Of a stretch of DNA of 64,000 nucleotides, positions 32,929-42,769 are shown in pieces. The notes beneath the pieces are model-generated. The model was not told where the DNA came from and made no database searches. It saw nothing but the letters and a program-made list of their open reading frames with translations. Source of the DNA: an uncultured delta proteobacterium (lineage in GTDB: Bacteria > Myxococcota > Myxococcia > Myxococcales > Myxococcaceae); assembly GCA_963776345.1 (NCBI GenBank), contig CAVZMH010000017.1:64001-128000 (forward strand), given 5' to 3'. Position 1 is the stretch's first letter; each line of letters opens with the position of its first letter. The position numbers and the translations under genes are program-made.

Positions 32929-33235
32929 ATGAGCACAGTCCGCAGCATCCTGCTTCTGGGTCCTGTTCGGTGCCCTCGCGCGGCACCTGGGCCGGCGGGG
33001 TCATCGCCCGAGCTTCCTGCCCTGGTTCAACACCCCGGGAGCGGGAATCCAGGTCCCAGTGCGCTTGCGAGCCGCTGGCCATCAGCACCGTCTCGGCCAC
33101 ATGCTCACCTTCGAGGCTCGGGGGATGCTCACCGGCGCCATCGTGTTCGCGGTGCTCGGCCTCGTCCTCGGGGCCGGACGGAAGCGGAAGGTCGAGCCGC
33201 CCGCCCCGGCGACGCCGCCCCCGGCCGCCGCCTGA
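32929..33235 (+). pseudogene. Membrane protein gene with several indels
   Basis: GGAGG RBS; stitching frames gives MSTVRSILLWVLFGAL..GGVIAPSFLPWFNTPG...QCACEPLA...GMLTGAIVFAVLGLVLG...PPPAAA*. Confidence 0.55.
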
Positions 33236-33471
33236 CCAGCGCCACCTTCTCGGTCCGTGACAGCCGCTTCAGCGCCGCCTCCCGCCTCAGGGCGGCGCTG
33301 CGGTCGGCCGCCGGCTCGGCGTAGACCAGCCGGACAGGCAGCCTGCTCCGGGTGTACGCCGCGCCCCGACCCGCGCCGGTGCACCCGGAGCCGCGCATCC
33401 AGGTCGTTGGTCGCCCCGGTGTACAGCGAGCCGTCGCGGCAGCGGAGCATGTAGACGCACCAGTCGTGCAT
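33129..33471 (-). pseudogene. GIY-YIG nuclease (UPF0213/YhbQ-like), frameshifted near 33375
   Basis: WCVYMLRCRDGSLYTGATNDLDARL..H in one frame; GRGAAYTRSRLPVRLVY.E...ALRREAALKRL in another. Confidence 0.8.
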
Positions 33472-33529
33472 CGCAGGAGAGGGCAGGCTGGCCAGCCCCG
33501 GTGGCCCATGCTACGGCACCGGGCCGCCC

Positions 33530-34621
33530 ATGGCCCGTTTCCTCCTGTCCTCTCTCGCCGTCCTTGCCCTCCTCGCCTGCCAGAAGGGCAGCTCCGCCGA
33601 ACGCGTCACCATCGACCTCGCCCCCAAGAGCACCGGCACGCCGGTGGCGACGTTCAAGGGCGGCGCGCTGACGGTCGAGGACGTGAACCGGCAGCTGACC
33701 AACCTCCCGCCGATGGTCCGCATGCGACTGCAGGGCGCGGCCGCCCGGAAGGACTTCGTCGAGGGCCTGGTCCGGGTGGAGCTGCTCTCGCGCCAGGCGC
33801 TCCGCGAGGGGCTGCAGAACGACCCGGAGGTGGTCGAGACGTTCAAGAAGACGCTGGCCCAGAAGGTGTACCTGCAGGAGCTGGAGAAGGCCGCGCCCCA
33901 GCCCACCGACGACGAGGTGAAGGCCTGGTACGACGGCCACCTCGCGGAGTTCCAGCGCCCGGAGATGGTCCAGGTGCAGGACCTCTTCCTCGCCGCGGAC
34001 AGCCACGACGCCGCCCGGCGCAAGGCCCGCTCGTCCGAGGCGGAGAAGCTCCGGACCAAGGCCCGCGGTCTCAAAGCCGACGACGAGAAGGGGTTCGGCG
34101 ACCTGGTGAAGGCGAGCTCGGACGACGCGCTCACCAAGGCGGTCGGCGGCGACCTCCGGCCGATGCCCCTCGGAGATCTCACCGCCCGCTACGGAGCCGA
34201 GGTCGCCGAGGCCGCCAAGCGGCTCCAGACGACCGGGGAGATCTCCCCGGTGGTCGCGACCGAGAAGGGCTTCCACGTGCTCCGGCTCAAGGCCCGGATG
34301 CCGGCACACGCGCTCCCGCTCGACGAGGTGAAGATGCAGATCAAGAACCGGCTCTACGGCGAGCGGCGCACCGCGGCCAACGACGCGCTGATGACCCGGC
34401 TCAAGACCGAGGCCGGCTACACCCTGGACGAGGCCGCGCTCGCCCAGATCTCCATCCCGTCGCCAGGCGGGCCGGGCATGCAGGGGCCGGGGCCTCACGG
34501 GATGGGTGGCGGGCCGGGCATGCAGGGGCAGGGGCCCCGCGGGATGGGCGGCGGGCCGGGCCCCGGGCACCCGCCCATGCCCGGACCGCCTCCGCCCGGC
34601 GGGCCGCCTCCGACGAGATGA
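33530..34621 (+). CDS. Parvulin-type PPIase/foldase lipoprotein
   Basis: Lipobox LLAC; SDD..TK..GGDL; ISPVV.TEKGFHV; Gly/Pro/Met-rich tail. Confidence 0.85.
   Translation: MARFLLSSLAVLALLACQKGSSAERVTIDLAPKSTGTPVATFKGGALTVEDVNRQLTNLPPMVRMRLQGAAARKDFVEGLVRVELLSRQALREGLQNDPEVVETFKKTLAQKVYLQELEKAAPQPTDDEVKAWYDGHLAEFQRPEMVQVQDLFLAADSHDAARRKARSSEAEKLRTKARGLKADDEKGFGDLVKASSDDALTKAVGGDLRPMPLGDLTARYGAEVAEAAKRLQTTGEISPVVATEKGFHVLRLKARMPAHALPLDEVKMQIKNRLYGERRTAANDALMTRLKTEAGYTLDEAALAQISIPSPGGPGMQGPGPHGMGGGPGMQGQGPRGMGGGPGPGHPPMPGPPPPGGPPPTR
34466..34560 (+). repeat. 42-bp coding tandem repeat (about 2.3 copies)
   Basis: GGCGGGCCGGGCATGCAGGGGC... at 34466 and 34508, partial at 34550; encodes GGPGMQGxGPxGMG. 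Confidence 0.8.
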
Positions 34622-35604
34622 GCCGGATCCCTGCCTGCGCAGCGGCGGGGCTCCTGCTGCTCGCCGCCGGCTGCCACCGCCGGCCACCCCAGGACCCGAG
34701 CGCCGCCCCGGTGGCCTGGGTGAACGGGCAGGTCATCCCCCGGGCGGAATTCGAGCGGGAGCTGGCCCGTTCTCTCGAGCTGGCCGATGGCACCAGCGCG
34801 CCCGCGCCCGATCAGCTCGCGGCGCTCCGGCGCACCGTGCTCCAGGCGGGGGTGGACCGGCTCCTCTTCCTCCAGGAGGGGGCGAGGCGGAAGCTGGAGA
34901 TTTCCCCGGCCGACGTGGAGGAACGGCTGCAGCGGATGCAGGCCGACTGGCCCCCGGAGGAGTTCGCGGCGGTGCTGACCCAGCGGCAGCAAACGGTGGA
35001 CGAGCTCCGCGCCGAGCTCCGGGCGCAGCTGGTCCAGGAGCGGCTCTTCCACGAGCTGGTGTACCCCCGGGTGGCGGTCACCGAGGAGGAGATCCGCGCC
35101 GAGCTCCAGGCCCATCCCGAGCTGCTCCAGGAGCCGGAGCAGGTGCACGCGGCGCAGATCGTGGTGAAGGAGCTCGACCAGGCGAAGGAGATCCGCACCA
35201 GGCTTCGCGAGGGGGCGAAGTTCGCCGACCTGGCCCGGGAGCGCTCGCTCTCCGCCGACGCCAAGGACGGCGGCGACCTGGGCTGGTTCCCGCGGGGGGT
35301 GATGCCGCCCCAGTTCGACGAAGTGGCTTTCTCGCTCGGGCCAGGGCAGATCTCCGACGTGGTGGCCACCGACTACGGGTTCCACATCTTCAAGCTGCTC
35401 GAGCGCCGACCCGCCCGAAAGAAGGACCTCGCCGCGGTGCGGGCGGAGGTCGAGCGCCGCCTCCTGCGGGCGAAGCAGGAGCAGGCCCAGACCGATTTCG
35501 TGGCCCAGCTTCGCTCGAAGGCCGACATCCGCATCAACGAGTCGCTGGTGGCGCAGGTCGTACCCCACGCGCCGGCCGGGCAGGCTCAGGAGACCCATCG
35601 ATGA
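34618..35604 (+). CDS. SurA-N plus parvulin PPIase lipoprotein
   Basis: Lipobox AAGC; FADLARERS...GGDLGWF.RG.M; TDYGFHI. Confidence 0.88.
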   Translation: MSRIPACAAAGLLLLAAGCHRRPPQDPSAAPVAWVNGQVIPRAEFERELARSLELADGTSAPAPDQLAALRRTVLQAGVDRLLFLQEGARRKLEISPADVEERLQRMQADWPPEEFAAVLTQRQQTVDELRAELRAQLVQERLFHELVYPRVAVTEEEIRAELQAHPELLQEPEQVHAAQIVVKELDQAKEIRTRLREGAKFADLARERSLSADAKDGGDLGWFPRGVMPPQFDEVAFSLGPGQISDVVATDYGFHIFKLLERRPARKKDLAAVRAEVERRLLRAKQEQAQTDFVAQLRSKADIRINESLVAQVVPHAPAGQAQETHR

Positions 35605-36569
35605 CCCGTTTCATCCGGGCCGGACTCGCCGGGATTCTGGTGTTGGCCGCGCCGCGCGCCCGAGCCGAGCTGGTCGACCGCGTCGCCGCGGTGGTGAACA
35701 ACGACATCATCACCCTGTCCGAGGTCGAGAAGCGTGCCGCCCCCGAGCTGGCGAGGGTGGACCAGGAAGCCACCGGATCCGACCGGGCCCAGAAGCGCGC
35801 CGCGGCGATGAAGAAGATCCTCGACACGATGATCGACGAGAAGCTCGTCGACATGGAGCTCAAGGAGCTCAAGGTCACCATCACCGACAAGGAGGTCGAC
35901 GCCGCCGTCGACGAGGTGAAGAAGAGCTACAACCTGACCGACGAGCAGCTCCAGCAGGCCGTGTCTCGCGAGGGCTACACCATCGCCGAGTACCGCGAGC
36001 AGATGCGGAAGCAGATCGGCCGCTACAAGCTGATCAGCGAGAAGGTCCGGAAGAACGTGAAGGTGTCCGAGGCCGATGTGAAGACCGAGTACGACCGGAT
36101 GACCCGCGCCGAGGGCGAGGACTACGAGGTCCACGTCCGCCACATCCTCATCGCCATCCCGAGGAACGCCTCGCAGCCGCAGGTGGACCAGGCCAAGCGC
36201 AAGGCCGCCGCGGTGGCCCAGGAAGCCCGCCAGCCCGGGGTCGACTTCGCCGAGCTGGCGAAGAAGCGCAGCGAGGGGAGCAGCTCGTCCGACGGCGGCG
36301 ACCTCGGCTTCTTCAAGCGCGGCACCATGGTCCCCGAGTTCGAGCGGGTGGCGTTCAATCTCAAGAGCGGCGAGGTGTCGGAGCCGGTGCGGACCCAGTT
36401 CGGCTGGCACGTGCTGAAGCTGGAGGAGATCCGGAAGCTCGGCACCAAGCCGCTGGCCGAGGCCCGTCCGGAGATCGAGGAGCGCCTCCGCCGCCAGCAG
36501 GCCGAGCGGCTGACGTCGCAGTACATGGAGACGCTCCGCAACGCCGCGGTGGTGGAGAAGAAGATCTGA
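35601..36569 (+). CDS. surA: SurA-like periplasmic chaperone/PPIase
   Basis: VDRVAAVVNNDIITLSE, HVRHILI, GGDLGFF, TQFGWH; directly upstream of pdxA. Confidence 0.85.
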   Translation: MTRFIRAGLAGILVLAAPRARAELVDRVAAVVNNDIITLSEVEKRAAPELARVDQEATGSDRAQKRAAAMKKILDTMIDEKLVDMELKELKVTITDKEVDAAVDEVKKSYNLTDEQLQQAVSREGYTIAEYREQMRKQIGRYKLISEKVRKNVKVSEADVKTEYDRMTRAEGEDYEVHVRHILIAIPRNASQPQVDQAKRKAAAVAQEARQPGVDFAELAKKRSEGSSSSDGGDLGFFKRGTMVPEFERVAFNLKSGEVSEPVRTQFGWHVLKLEEIRKLGTKPLAEARPEIEERLRRQQAERLTSQYMETLRNAAVVEKKI

Positions 36570-37601
36570 GCCGGGCCCCCGCGGCCGGCCGTCCGCGGGT
36601 CGGCATCTCGCTGGGCGACCCCTCCGGCATCGGTCCCGAGGTGGTGGACCGCGCGCTGGCGTATCCCGCCGTCCGGAGGGCGTTGGTCCCGGTGGTGTTC
36701 GGGGATGGGCCGACGTTCGAGCGCTTCGCGGCGCTCCGCCGTCTCCCCACCGGTCGAGCCGGGCGGGGCGCTCCCCGCCGCGGGGCCGGCGCGGGTGGCG
36801 GTCACGGCGCTCGCCGCGAAGGACCGCGTGCCCGGCCGGCCGTCACGGGCGGGTGGCAAGGCCCAGCTGGCGTACGTGAGGGCGGCGGTGGAGGCCGCGC
36901 TCCGGGGCGAGCTGGAGGCGCTGTGCACCGCGCCGGTCTCCAAGGAGCAGATCACCCGGGCGGGGGTGCGCTTCATGGGCCACACCGAGCTGCTGGCCGA
37001 GGCCTTCGGCCGCGAGGTGTTGATGCTGATGGACGGGCCGCGGGTGAAGGTGGCGCTGGCGACGAACCACCTCGCGCTCCGCGACGTCCCGGGCGCGCTG
37101 GAGAAGGGGCGGCTGGCGGCGCAGCTGCAGCTGCTGTCCGCGTCGCTGCAGCCGGTGCTCGGCCGGCGGCCGCGCATCGCGGTCTGCGGGCTCAACCCCC
37201 ATGCCGGGGAGGGCGGGCTGCTCGGCGACGAGGAGGTGCGGACGGTCGCGCCGGCCATCGCGCTGGCGCGGCGGCGGGGCGTCGACTGCACCGGTCCCTG
37301 GCCTGCCGATGGGCTGTTCGCCCGTCCCGACCACATGCCCGCCGACGTGGTGCTGGCGATGTACCACGACCAGGCGCTGGTGGTGGCCAAGGCGCTGGAC
37401 TTCGACCGCACGGTGAACGTGACGCTCGGGCTGCCCGTTCCGCGGACCTCCCCCGACCACGGCGTGGCCTACGCGCTCGCCGGGAAGAGGCGGGCCAGCG
37501 CCGAGCCGATGATCGCCGCGCTGCTCAAGGCCGCCCAGCTCGCGGCGCCCCGTCGACGGGTGCCCGGGCGTGCCGCCTCCACGGCGCGGCGGAGCGCCTA
37601 G
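36566..37601 (+). CDS. pdxA: 4-hydroxythreonine-4-phosphate dehydrogenase, frameshifted near 36750
   Basis: GISLGDPSGIGPEV in one frame; TAPVSKE, GHTELL, GLNPHAGE, AMYHDQ and RTSPDHG in another. Confidence 0.88.
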
Positions 37602-37621
37602 GGTCGCCGCGGCCGGGCGCC

Positions 37622-38791
37622 TCAGCCCGCCGGGGTGAGCGTGATCTCGGCGATCTCCGGCGTGGAGAACAGGCGCATCGGCGGTCCCCAGAAGCCGGTT
37701 CCACGGTGCGCGTAGACCCAGACGCCGAGCAGCTTGCGGAGCCCCCGCACCACCGGCTGCTGCAGCCGGACGAAGAGGTGGAAGGGGAAGATTTGCCCGC
37801 CGTGGGTGTGTCCCGAGAGCAGGAGGTCCACCCCGTGCGGGGCCGCGCCGGTCACCGCGCGGGGCTGGTGGGCGAGCAGGACGCGAGGAACTCCCTCCGG
37901 CGCGCCGACGAAGACCAGCTCCGGGCGGCTCTGGTGATCGGCGTGGAAGCGGCCACCGTGCAGGTCGGGCATGCCGCCGATGACCAGCGAGCCACCTTCT
38001 CGCTCGACGACGCGGTGCTCGTTGTGCAGCACCGTGAGGCCCAGCTGCTCGACCATCCGCAGCGACTCGCGGACGCCCCAGTAGTACTCGTGGTTGCCGG
38101 TGACGAAGTACACCCCGTGCGGCGCATCGAGATCTGCCAGCGGCCGCAGCGCGCTCTCCACGACGTGCGACGGGCCGTCCACCAGGTCGCCGGTGATGGC
38201 CACCACGTCGGGCCGGAGCGCGTTCACCCGGTCCACCACCCGGCGGAGGAAGTCCTCGCCGATCCGGTCCCCGATGTGCAGGTCGCTGATCTGCACGATG
38301 CGCAGACCGGCGACGCCCGGGGCCAGCCTCTCCAGAGGCACCCGCACCCGGCTCAGGACCAGCCGCGTCCGCGCCGTCCAGATGGCGAACGGGACCAGCA
38401 GCGCGGTGCCGGCGGCGATGACCAGTGCCTGCACCCGCGCCTGCTGCAGCTGCGCCGCGGCGTCCGGCCACCTGTGCAGCAGCCCGTACAGCAGCCGTCC
38501 CAGATCCGTGACGGCGGTGACGGTGAGCAGCACGCCCGAGGTGCCGAGCCAGGCGATGGCCAGCGGCGGGAACACCCGGCTCGGCCAGCCGCGGTCGCGC
38601 CGGCTGAAGACGAAGCCCACCGGAACCGCGACGAAGAGGAGCGCGAGGAGCACGCACCCGGCGATCGTCACCCCCAGCGGCAGCACCGGATCCACGAACA
38701 GCCGGCGGGCGACGTACGCGTGAAGAAGCGCGAACACCGCGCTGGCGGTGAGGAAGGGTGCGAGGAAGCCGGACCGGCGAGGGGGCGTCAT
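37622..38791 (-). CDS. Membrane-anchored metallophosphoesterase (YkuE/YaeI-like)
   Basis: N-terminal TM helices; SDLH, TGDLVDG, GNHE, LLAHQP, SGHTHGGQ. Confidence 0.9.
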   Translation of the reverse strand: MTPPRRSGFLAPFLTASAVFALLHAYVARRLFVDPVLPLGVTIAGCVLLALLFVAVPVGFVFSRRDRGWPSRVFPPLAIAWLGTSGVLLTVTAVTDLGRLLYGLLHRWPDAAAQLQQARVQALVIAAGTALLVPFAIWTARTRLVLSRVRVPLERLAPGVAGLRIVQISDLHIGDRIGEDFLRRVVDRVNALRPDVVAITGDLVDGPSHVVESALRPLADLDAPHGVYFVTGNHEYYWGVRESLRMVEQLGLTVLHNEHRVVEREGGSLVIGGMPDLHGGRFHADHQSRPELVFVGAPEGVPRVLLAHQPRAVTGAAPHGVDLLLSGHTHGGQIFPFHLFVRLQQPVVRGLRKLLGVWVYAHRGTGFWGPPMRLFSTPEIAEITLTPAG

Positions 38792-38974
38792 ACAGTGGCG
38801 GGGAGGGCTAACGGGTACAGCCCTTTCCTGCATGCGCCCGAGCCGCGGGCCGAGCAGGTAACTGCCCGGAAAGGAACCCTTCCCGGGGCCCGAAGCAATC
38901 GCCGGAGACGGTGGTCGTCTCCAGGGCACGGCGGTGATGAGTCGCCGCCGGTGAGGGAAGGAAACGCAGCAGTC

Positions 38975-39160
38975 ATGAACTCGATCATCTCGGAAAAGCG
39001 ATTCGCCTTCGTCGCGCTGCCGCTCCTGCTCGCGACCCTCGCACTGTTCTACGTGCTGGGGGCGGCCGCGCTCTTCGCCGAGGCGGCCCAGGCGCACCAG
39101 GACATCGCGCGGCACGGGCGTGGTGAGCTCGTCTCGCCGGTCATCGAAGTCCGCGGGTAG
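38975..39160 (+). CDS. Small single-TM/secreted protein (61 aa)
   Basis: AAGGA upstream; MNSIISEKRFAFVALPLLLATLALFYVLGAAALFA... Confidence 0.6.
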   Translation: MNSIISEKRFAFVALPLLLATLALFYVLGAAALFAEAAQAHQDIARHGRGELVSPVIEVRG

Positions 39161-39629
39161 CAGGGACCAGCGCGGAGAGCCGGGCCCGGTTCTCCGCCTG
39201 GAAGAACGGCGCGCGCAGCAGGGAGGACAGCGCGCGCTTGGGGATGCACCAGAGCTGGAGTGAATCCTCCCACTCGCCGAGCACCGCCACCGCGCGCACC
39301 TCGGCGTCGCCCCGGAACTCCTCGTTGCACCGCTCGACGAGGTCCCGCGTGTCCCGCACCTCCCAGCTCTCCTCGCCGCGTCCCGCGTCGACGATGAGCG
39401 CGACCTCCGGGTCGTCCCGGACGTCGAGGACCTTGAGGGTGCGCGCGGAGCCGCCGATGCGCTCGCACAGCGGCCCGATCAGCTCATCGGGCCGGAGGTC
39501 GAGCGCGATGCTGAGTCCGCCCTCGAGCACCCCGGCGTCGCACAGCGCGGTGAGCGCGTGCGCTTCGGGCGGAACGTGCGCACCCTCGGCGAGGAGTCCC
39601 AGGCGCTCGAGATCGGACTTCAGGGTCAT
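39141..39629 (-). CDS. Hypothetical protein
   Basis: 162-aa GC3-rich ORF (LGEWEDSLQLWC). Confidence 0.7.
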   Translation of the reverse strand: MTLKSDLERLGLLAEGAHVPPEAHALTALCDAGVLEGGLSIALDLRPDELIGPLCERIGGSARTLKVLDVRDDPEVALIVDAGRGEESWEVRDTRDLVERCNEEFRGDAEVRAVAVLGEWEDSLQLWCIPKRALSSLLRAPFFQAENRARLSALVPATRGLR

Positions 39630-39708
39630 GGAGGGGTAGGTCTGCCCTGGGGAACGGGTAGGCGCAACCCCTCCGCCTCGTCGAACACTGGCTTGCGGCC
39701 CACGGGCG

Positions 39709-40890
39709 TCAGCTTATCGGTTCCGGAGCGTTTCCTGGTGGGTGCGCCGGTGGCGAATCGACGATCGCCGACTCGGGGGCGACCACCTGGTTCTTGCCGC
39801 GGCGCTTGGCCTCGAGGAGCCGGGCATCCGCCCGCGCCAGCACCGCGTCGAAGGTCCCGCCGTCGGCGGGCCAGCTCGCGACCCCGGCGCTGACCGTCAC
39901 CTGGCGCTGCTCGCGGCCCACCTGGAGCGGGACGCTCGCCAGCTCGATCCGGATGTGCTCCACCCGGAGCCGGGCCTGGTCCACCGCCGTCTCGGGGAAG
40001 GCCACCACGAACTCCTCGCCGCCGAAGCGGGCCACCAGGTCGCTCTTGCGCACCGAGGCCCGGAGCCGCGTGGCCACCAGCTGCAGCGCCCGGTCACCCG
40101 CCGGGTGCCCGAAGGCGTCGTTGAAGGCCTTGAACCCGTCCACGTCGAGGATGGTCACGCTGAGCGGAGCGCCGCGACGCCGGGCCCGGGACAGCTCCTC
40201 GTCCACCCGCTCGACGAACGGCGCCCGCTGCGACAGCCCGGTGAGGTGGTCCACCCCGACCATCAGCCGCAGCCGCTTCGCCCGCTGCGCCACCGCGGCC
40301 ATGATGGTCCCGCCCAGCGCGAGGAGGAGGAAGTGCACCGCCTGGCTCGCCCAGGCGAACTCGCCGTGCTGCTCGTCCTCCAGGCCGAGGGGACCCGCCG
40401 CCAGCCCGATGAGCAGCGCGTACTCGACGATGCTGAGCGCCGCCGTCCAGGCGCAGAGGCGCCAGTCGTAACGGAGCCCGGCGCTCATGATGACCAGGAA
40501 GTACAGCTCGTAGAACGTCCGGGTGTGCGTCGCCGCGTCCGCCCCGCCCTCGAGAAGGACGAACAGCATCGCCCCGGTGGTGATGGTCACGTCGGCGGCG
40601 CAGCTGAGCCACGGGACCCACCCCTCGAGCACCCGGAAGGCGAGCCAGGCCAGCAGCAACGCGTAGAGGATTCCCCCGCCGAGGAGCAGCAGCAGCCTCG
40701 TGGAGTCCGGAGGCGGCGAGATGGAGAGGACGAGCGCGCACAGCCCGGCCACGAGGAACAGCCGCACGCCCGCGACCCACCGCTCGCCCGAGGCCCGGGC
40801 GCGGAGGATCATCTGGTCCGTCTCGGGACCGATCTGCCCGACGAGCGCGGCGAACGCGCGCTGGAGCCAGAGCGTGTCAGGGAGCGCCAC
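39709..40890 (-). CDS. Membrane-bound diguanylate cyclase
   Basis: About six TM helices; DVDGFKAFND.FGH..GD; RKSD I-site; RFGGEEF. Confidence 0.92.
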   Translation of the reverse strand: MALPDTLWLQRAFAALVGQIGPETDQMILRARASGERWVAGVRLFLVAGLCALVLSISPPPDSTRLLLLLGGGILYALLLAWLAFRVLEGWVPWLSCAADVTITTGAMLFVLLEGGADAATHTRTFYELYFLVIMSAGLRYDWRLCAWTAALSIVEYALLIGLAAGPLGLEDEQHGEFAWASQAVHFLLLALGGTIMAAVAQRAKRLRLMVGVDHLTGLSQRAPFVERVDEELSRARRRGAPLSVTILDVDGFKAFNDAFGHPAGDRALQLVATRLRASVRKSDLVARFGGEEFVVAFPETAVDQARLRVEHIRIELASVPLQVGREQRQVTVSAGVASWPADGGTFDAVLARADARLLEAKRRGKNQVVAPESAIVDSPPAHPPGNAPEPIS

Positions 40891-41032
40891 GACGCGCGCG
40901 ACTGTACGGTCCGGCGGGTCGCGTGCGAGCAGAGTCTGCCGTGCCCTGGCGCCCGGCAGCCGGGTCAGCCGGACCCCACGAACGTTCGGTCACCCACGTC
41001 TCCACCGCCAGGGCTTGCCCCCCGAGGGGAGC

Positions 41033-42142
41033 CTACACGTTGAAGCGGAAGTGCATGCAGTCGCCGTCGCGGACGACGTACTCCTTGCCCTCGATCCGGA
41101 GAAGGCCCTTCTCCCGGACCGCGGCCTCGCTCCCCAGGCGGATCAGCTCTTCCCAGCCGAACACCTCGGCCTTGATGAAGCCCCGCTCGAAGTCCGAGTG
41201 GATGACCCCCGCGGCCTCGGGCGCCTTCGCGCCCTTGTGGAACGTCCAGGCCCGGCATTCCTGCTCGCCCACGGTGAAGAAGGTCTGGAGCCCCAGCATC
41301 CGGTAGCCGGCCCGCACCACCTTGTGCAGCCCGGGCTCGGACAGGCCCACCGAGGCGAGGAAGCCAGGACGCTCCTCGGGAGGGAGCTGCTGGATCTCCG
41401 CCTCGATGCCGGCGGCCAGCGCCACCATCTCCGCCCCCTCGGCCCGGGACAGCTCCCGCACCGCGGCGACGTGCGGGTCGGCGTCCTCCTTGCCGAGCTG
41501 CGACTCGCCGATGTTCGCCACGTACAGCACCGGCTTGTCGGTGAGGAGGAAGAGGTCCCTGAGGTGCGCGTGGTCCTCGGCCGAGAGCTTCTGGGCGCGC
41601 ACGGTGATGCCGGCGTCGAGGCCGGCCTTCACCCGGTCGAGGAGGGCGAGCTCGGCCTTCGCCTCGTCTCCCGCCTTCCCGCCGGCCTTGGCGGCCTTCT
41701 GGGCGCGCTCGCGGCGCTTCTCCACCGTCTCGAGGTCCTTGAGGCAGAGCTCGGTGTCGACGATGTCCCGGTCGCGCTTCGGGTCGACCCCGCCCTCGAC
41801 GTGGGTGACGTTCGGGTCCTCGAAGCAGCGGAGCACGTGCAACACCGCGTCGACCTGGCGGATGTTGGCCAGGAACTGGTTGCCCAGCCCCTCGCCCTTG
41901 CTCGCCCCGCGGACCAGACCGGCGATGTCCACGAACTCCAGCGAGGTGGGGATGGTCTTCTGCGGCTTCACCAGCGCCGAGAGCTTGTCCAGCCGCTCGT
42001 CCGGCACCGGCACCACGCCCACGTTCGGCTCGATGGTGCAGAACGGGTAGTTCGCCGCCTGTGCGCCCGCCGAGGACAGAGCGTTGAAGAGCGTGGACTT
42101 GCCCACGTTGGGCAGTCCGACGATGCCGATTCCCAGCGCCAC
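41033..42142 (-). CDS. ychF: Redox-regulated ATPase YchF
   Basis: GIVGLPNVGKSTLFNA, ANYPFCTIEPN, DIAGLVRGAS.GEGLGNQFL; ends HFRFNV. Confidence 0.97.
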   Translation of the reverse strand: MALGIGIVGLPNVGKSTLFNALSSAGAQAANYPFCTIEPNVGVVPVPDERLDKLSALVKPQKTIPTSLEFVDIAGLVRGASKGEGLGNQFLANIRQVDAVLHVLRCFEDPNVTHVEGGVDPKRDRDIVDTELCLKDLETVEKRRERAQKAAKAGGKAGDEAKAELALLDRVKAGLDAGITVRAQKLSAEDHAHLRDLFLLTDKPVLYVANIGESQLGKEDADPHVAAVRELSRAEGAEMVALAAGIEAEIQQLPPEERPGFLASVGLSEPGLHKVVRAGYRMLGLQTFFTVGEQECRAWTFHKGAKAPEAAGVIHSDFERGFIKAEVFGWEELIRLGSEAAVREKGLLRIEGKEYVVRDGDCMHFRFNV

Positions 42143-42166
42143 GAGGAGTCCGCTTCCGCCTGTCGC

Positions 42167-42700
42167 CTAGGCCTTGGGCCCGTTCCGGCCGGCGCGTGAG
42201 ACCTCGGCCAGGTACTGGCTGGCGAGCTCCTTCTGCTTGGCCGGGTCCAGCCGCTCGCCGAGGAGCTTCTCGGCGATCTGGATGGCCAGGTCCGCCGCGA
42301 GGCCCTTCACCTCGTTCACCGCCTTCACCTTCTCGTTCTGGATGTCGCGGAGCGCCTCGGTCTTCTGGGCCTCGGCCTCGGCGCGGGCCCGGGCGACCAG
42401 GTCGACCCGGAGCTTCTCCACGTCCTCGGCGTTCTTCCGCATCATCTCCGACGCCTCGCCGCGGGCCTTCTGGATGGCCTCCTTCTGCTCGGCGAGGAGC
42501 CGCTCGGCCTCGGCGCGCTCGCGCTTGGCCGACTCGATGGACGCGGCGATGGCCTTCTCCCGCTCGTCCACCACCCGGAGGATGGGGCCCCAGGCCACCT
42601 TACGGAGCAGGAGGGCCACCAGGAAGAAGGTGACCAGCGTCCAGAAGATGAGGCCGGGACGGACGTCGACGAGGTTCGAGGCGGCGAGGACGATGGGCAT
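42167..42700 (-). CDS. atpF: ATP synthase Fo subunit b
   Basis: PGLIFWT..TF...L.KVAWGPI....ERE followed by a coiled coil. Confidence 0.93.
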   Translation of the reverse strand: MPIVLAASNLVDVRPGLIFWTLVTFFLVALLLRKVAWGPILRVVDEREKAIAASIESAKRERAEAERLLAEQKEAIQKARGEASEMMRKNAEDVEKLRVDLVARARAEAEAQKTEALRDIQNEKVKAVNEVKGLAADLAIQIAEKLLGERLDPAKQKELASQYLAEVSRAGRNGPKA

Positions 42701-42769
42701 GTGCGTGTCTCGAGAGTGAGTCGGCCCGGAGCACCCGCCAGGGGGCGCCCGGGCCCTGGACGACGGATG

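Noticed and set aside
38925..38965. GTGATGAG…GAAAC resembling a hammerhead ribozyme core
   Set aside because: The core requires CUGAUGA and a stem II closing directly onto GAAA; neither fits.
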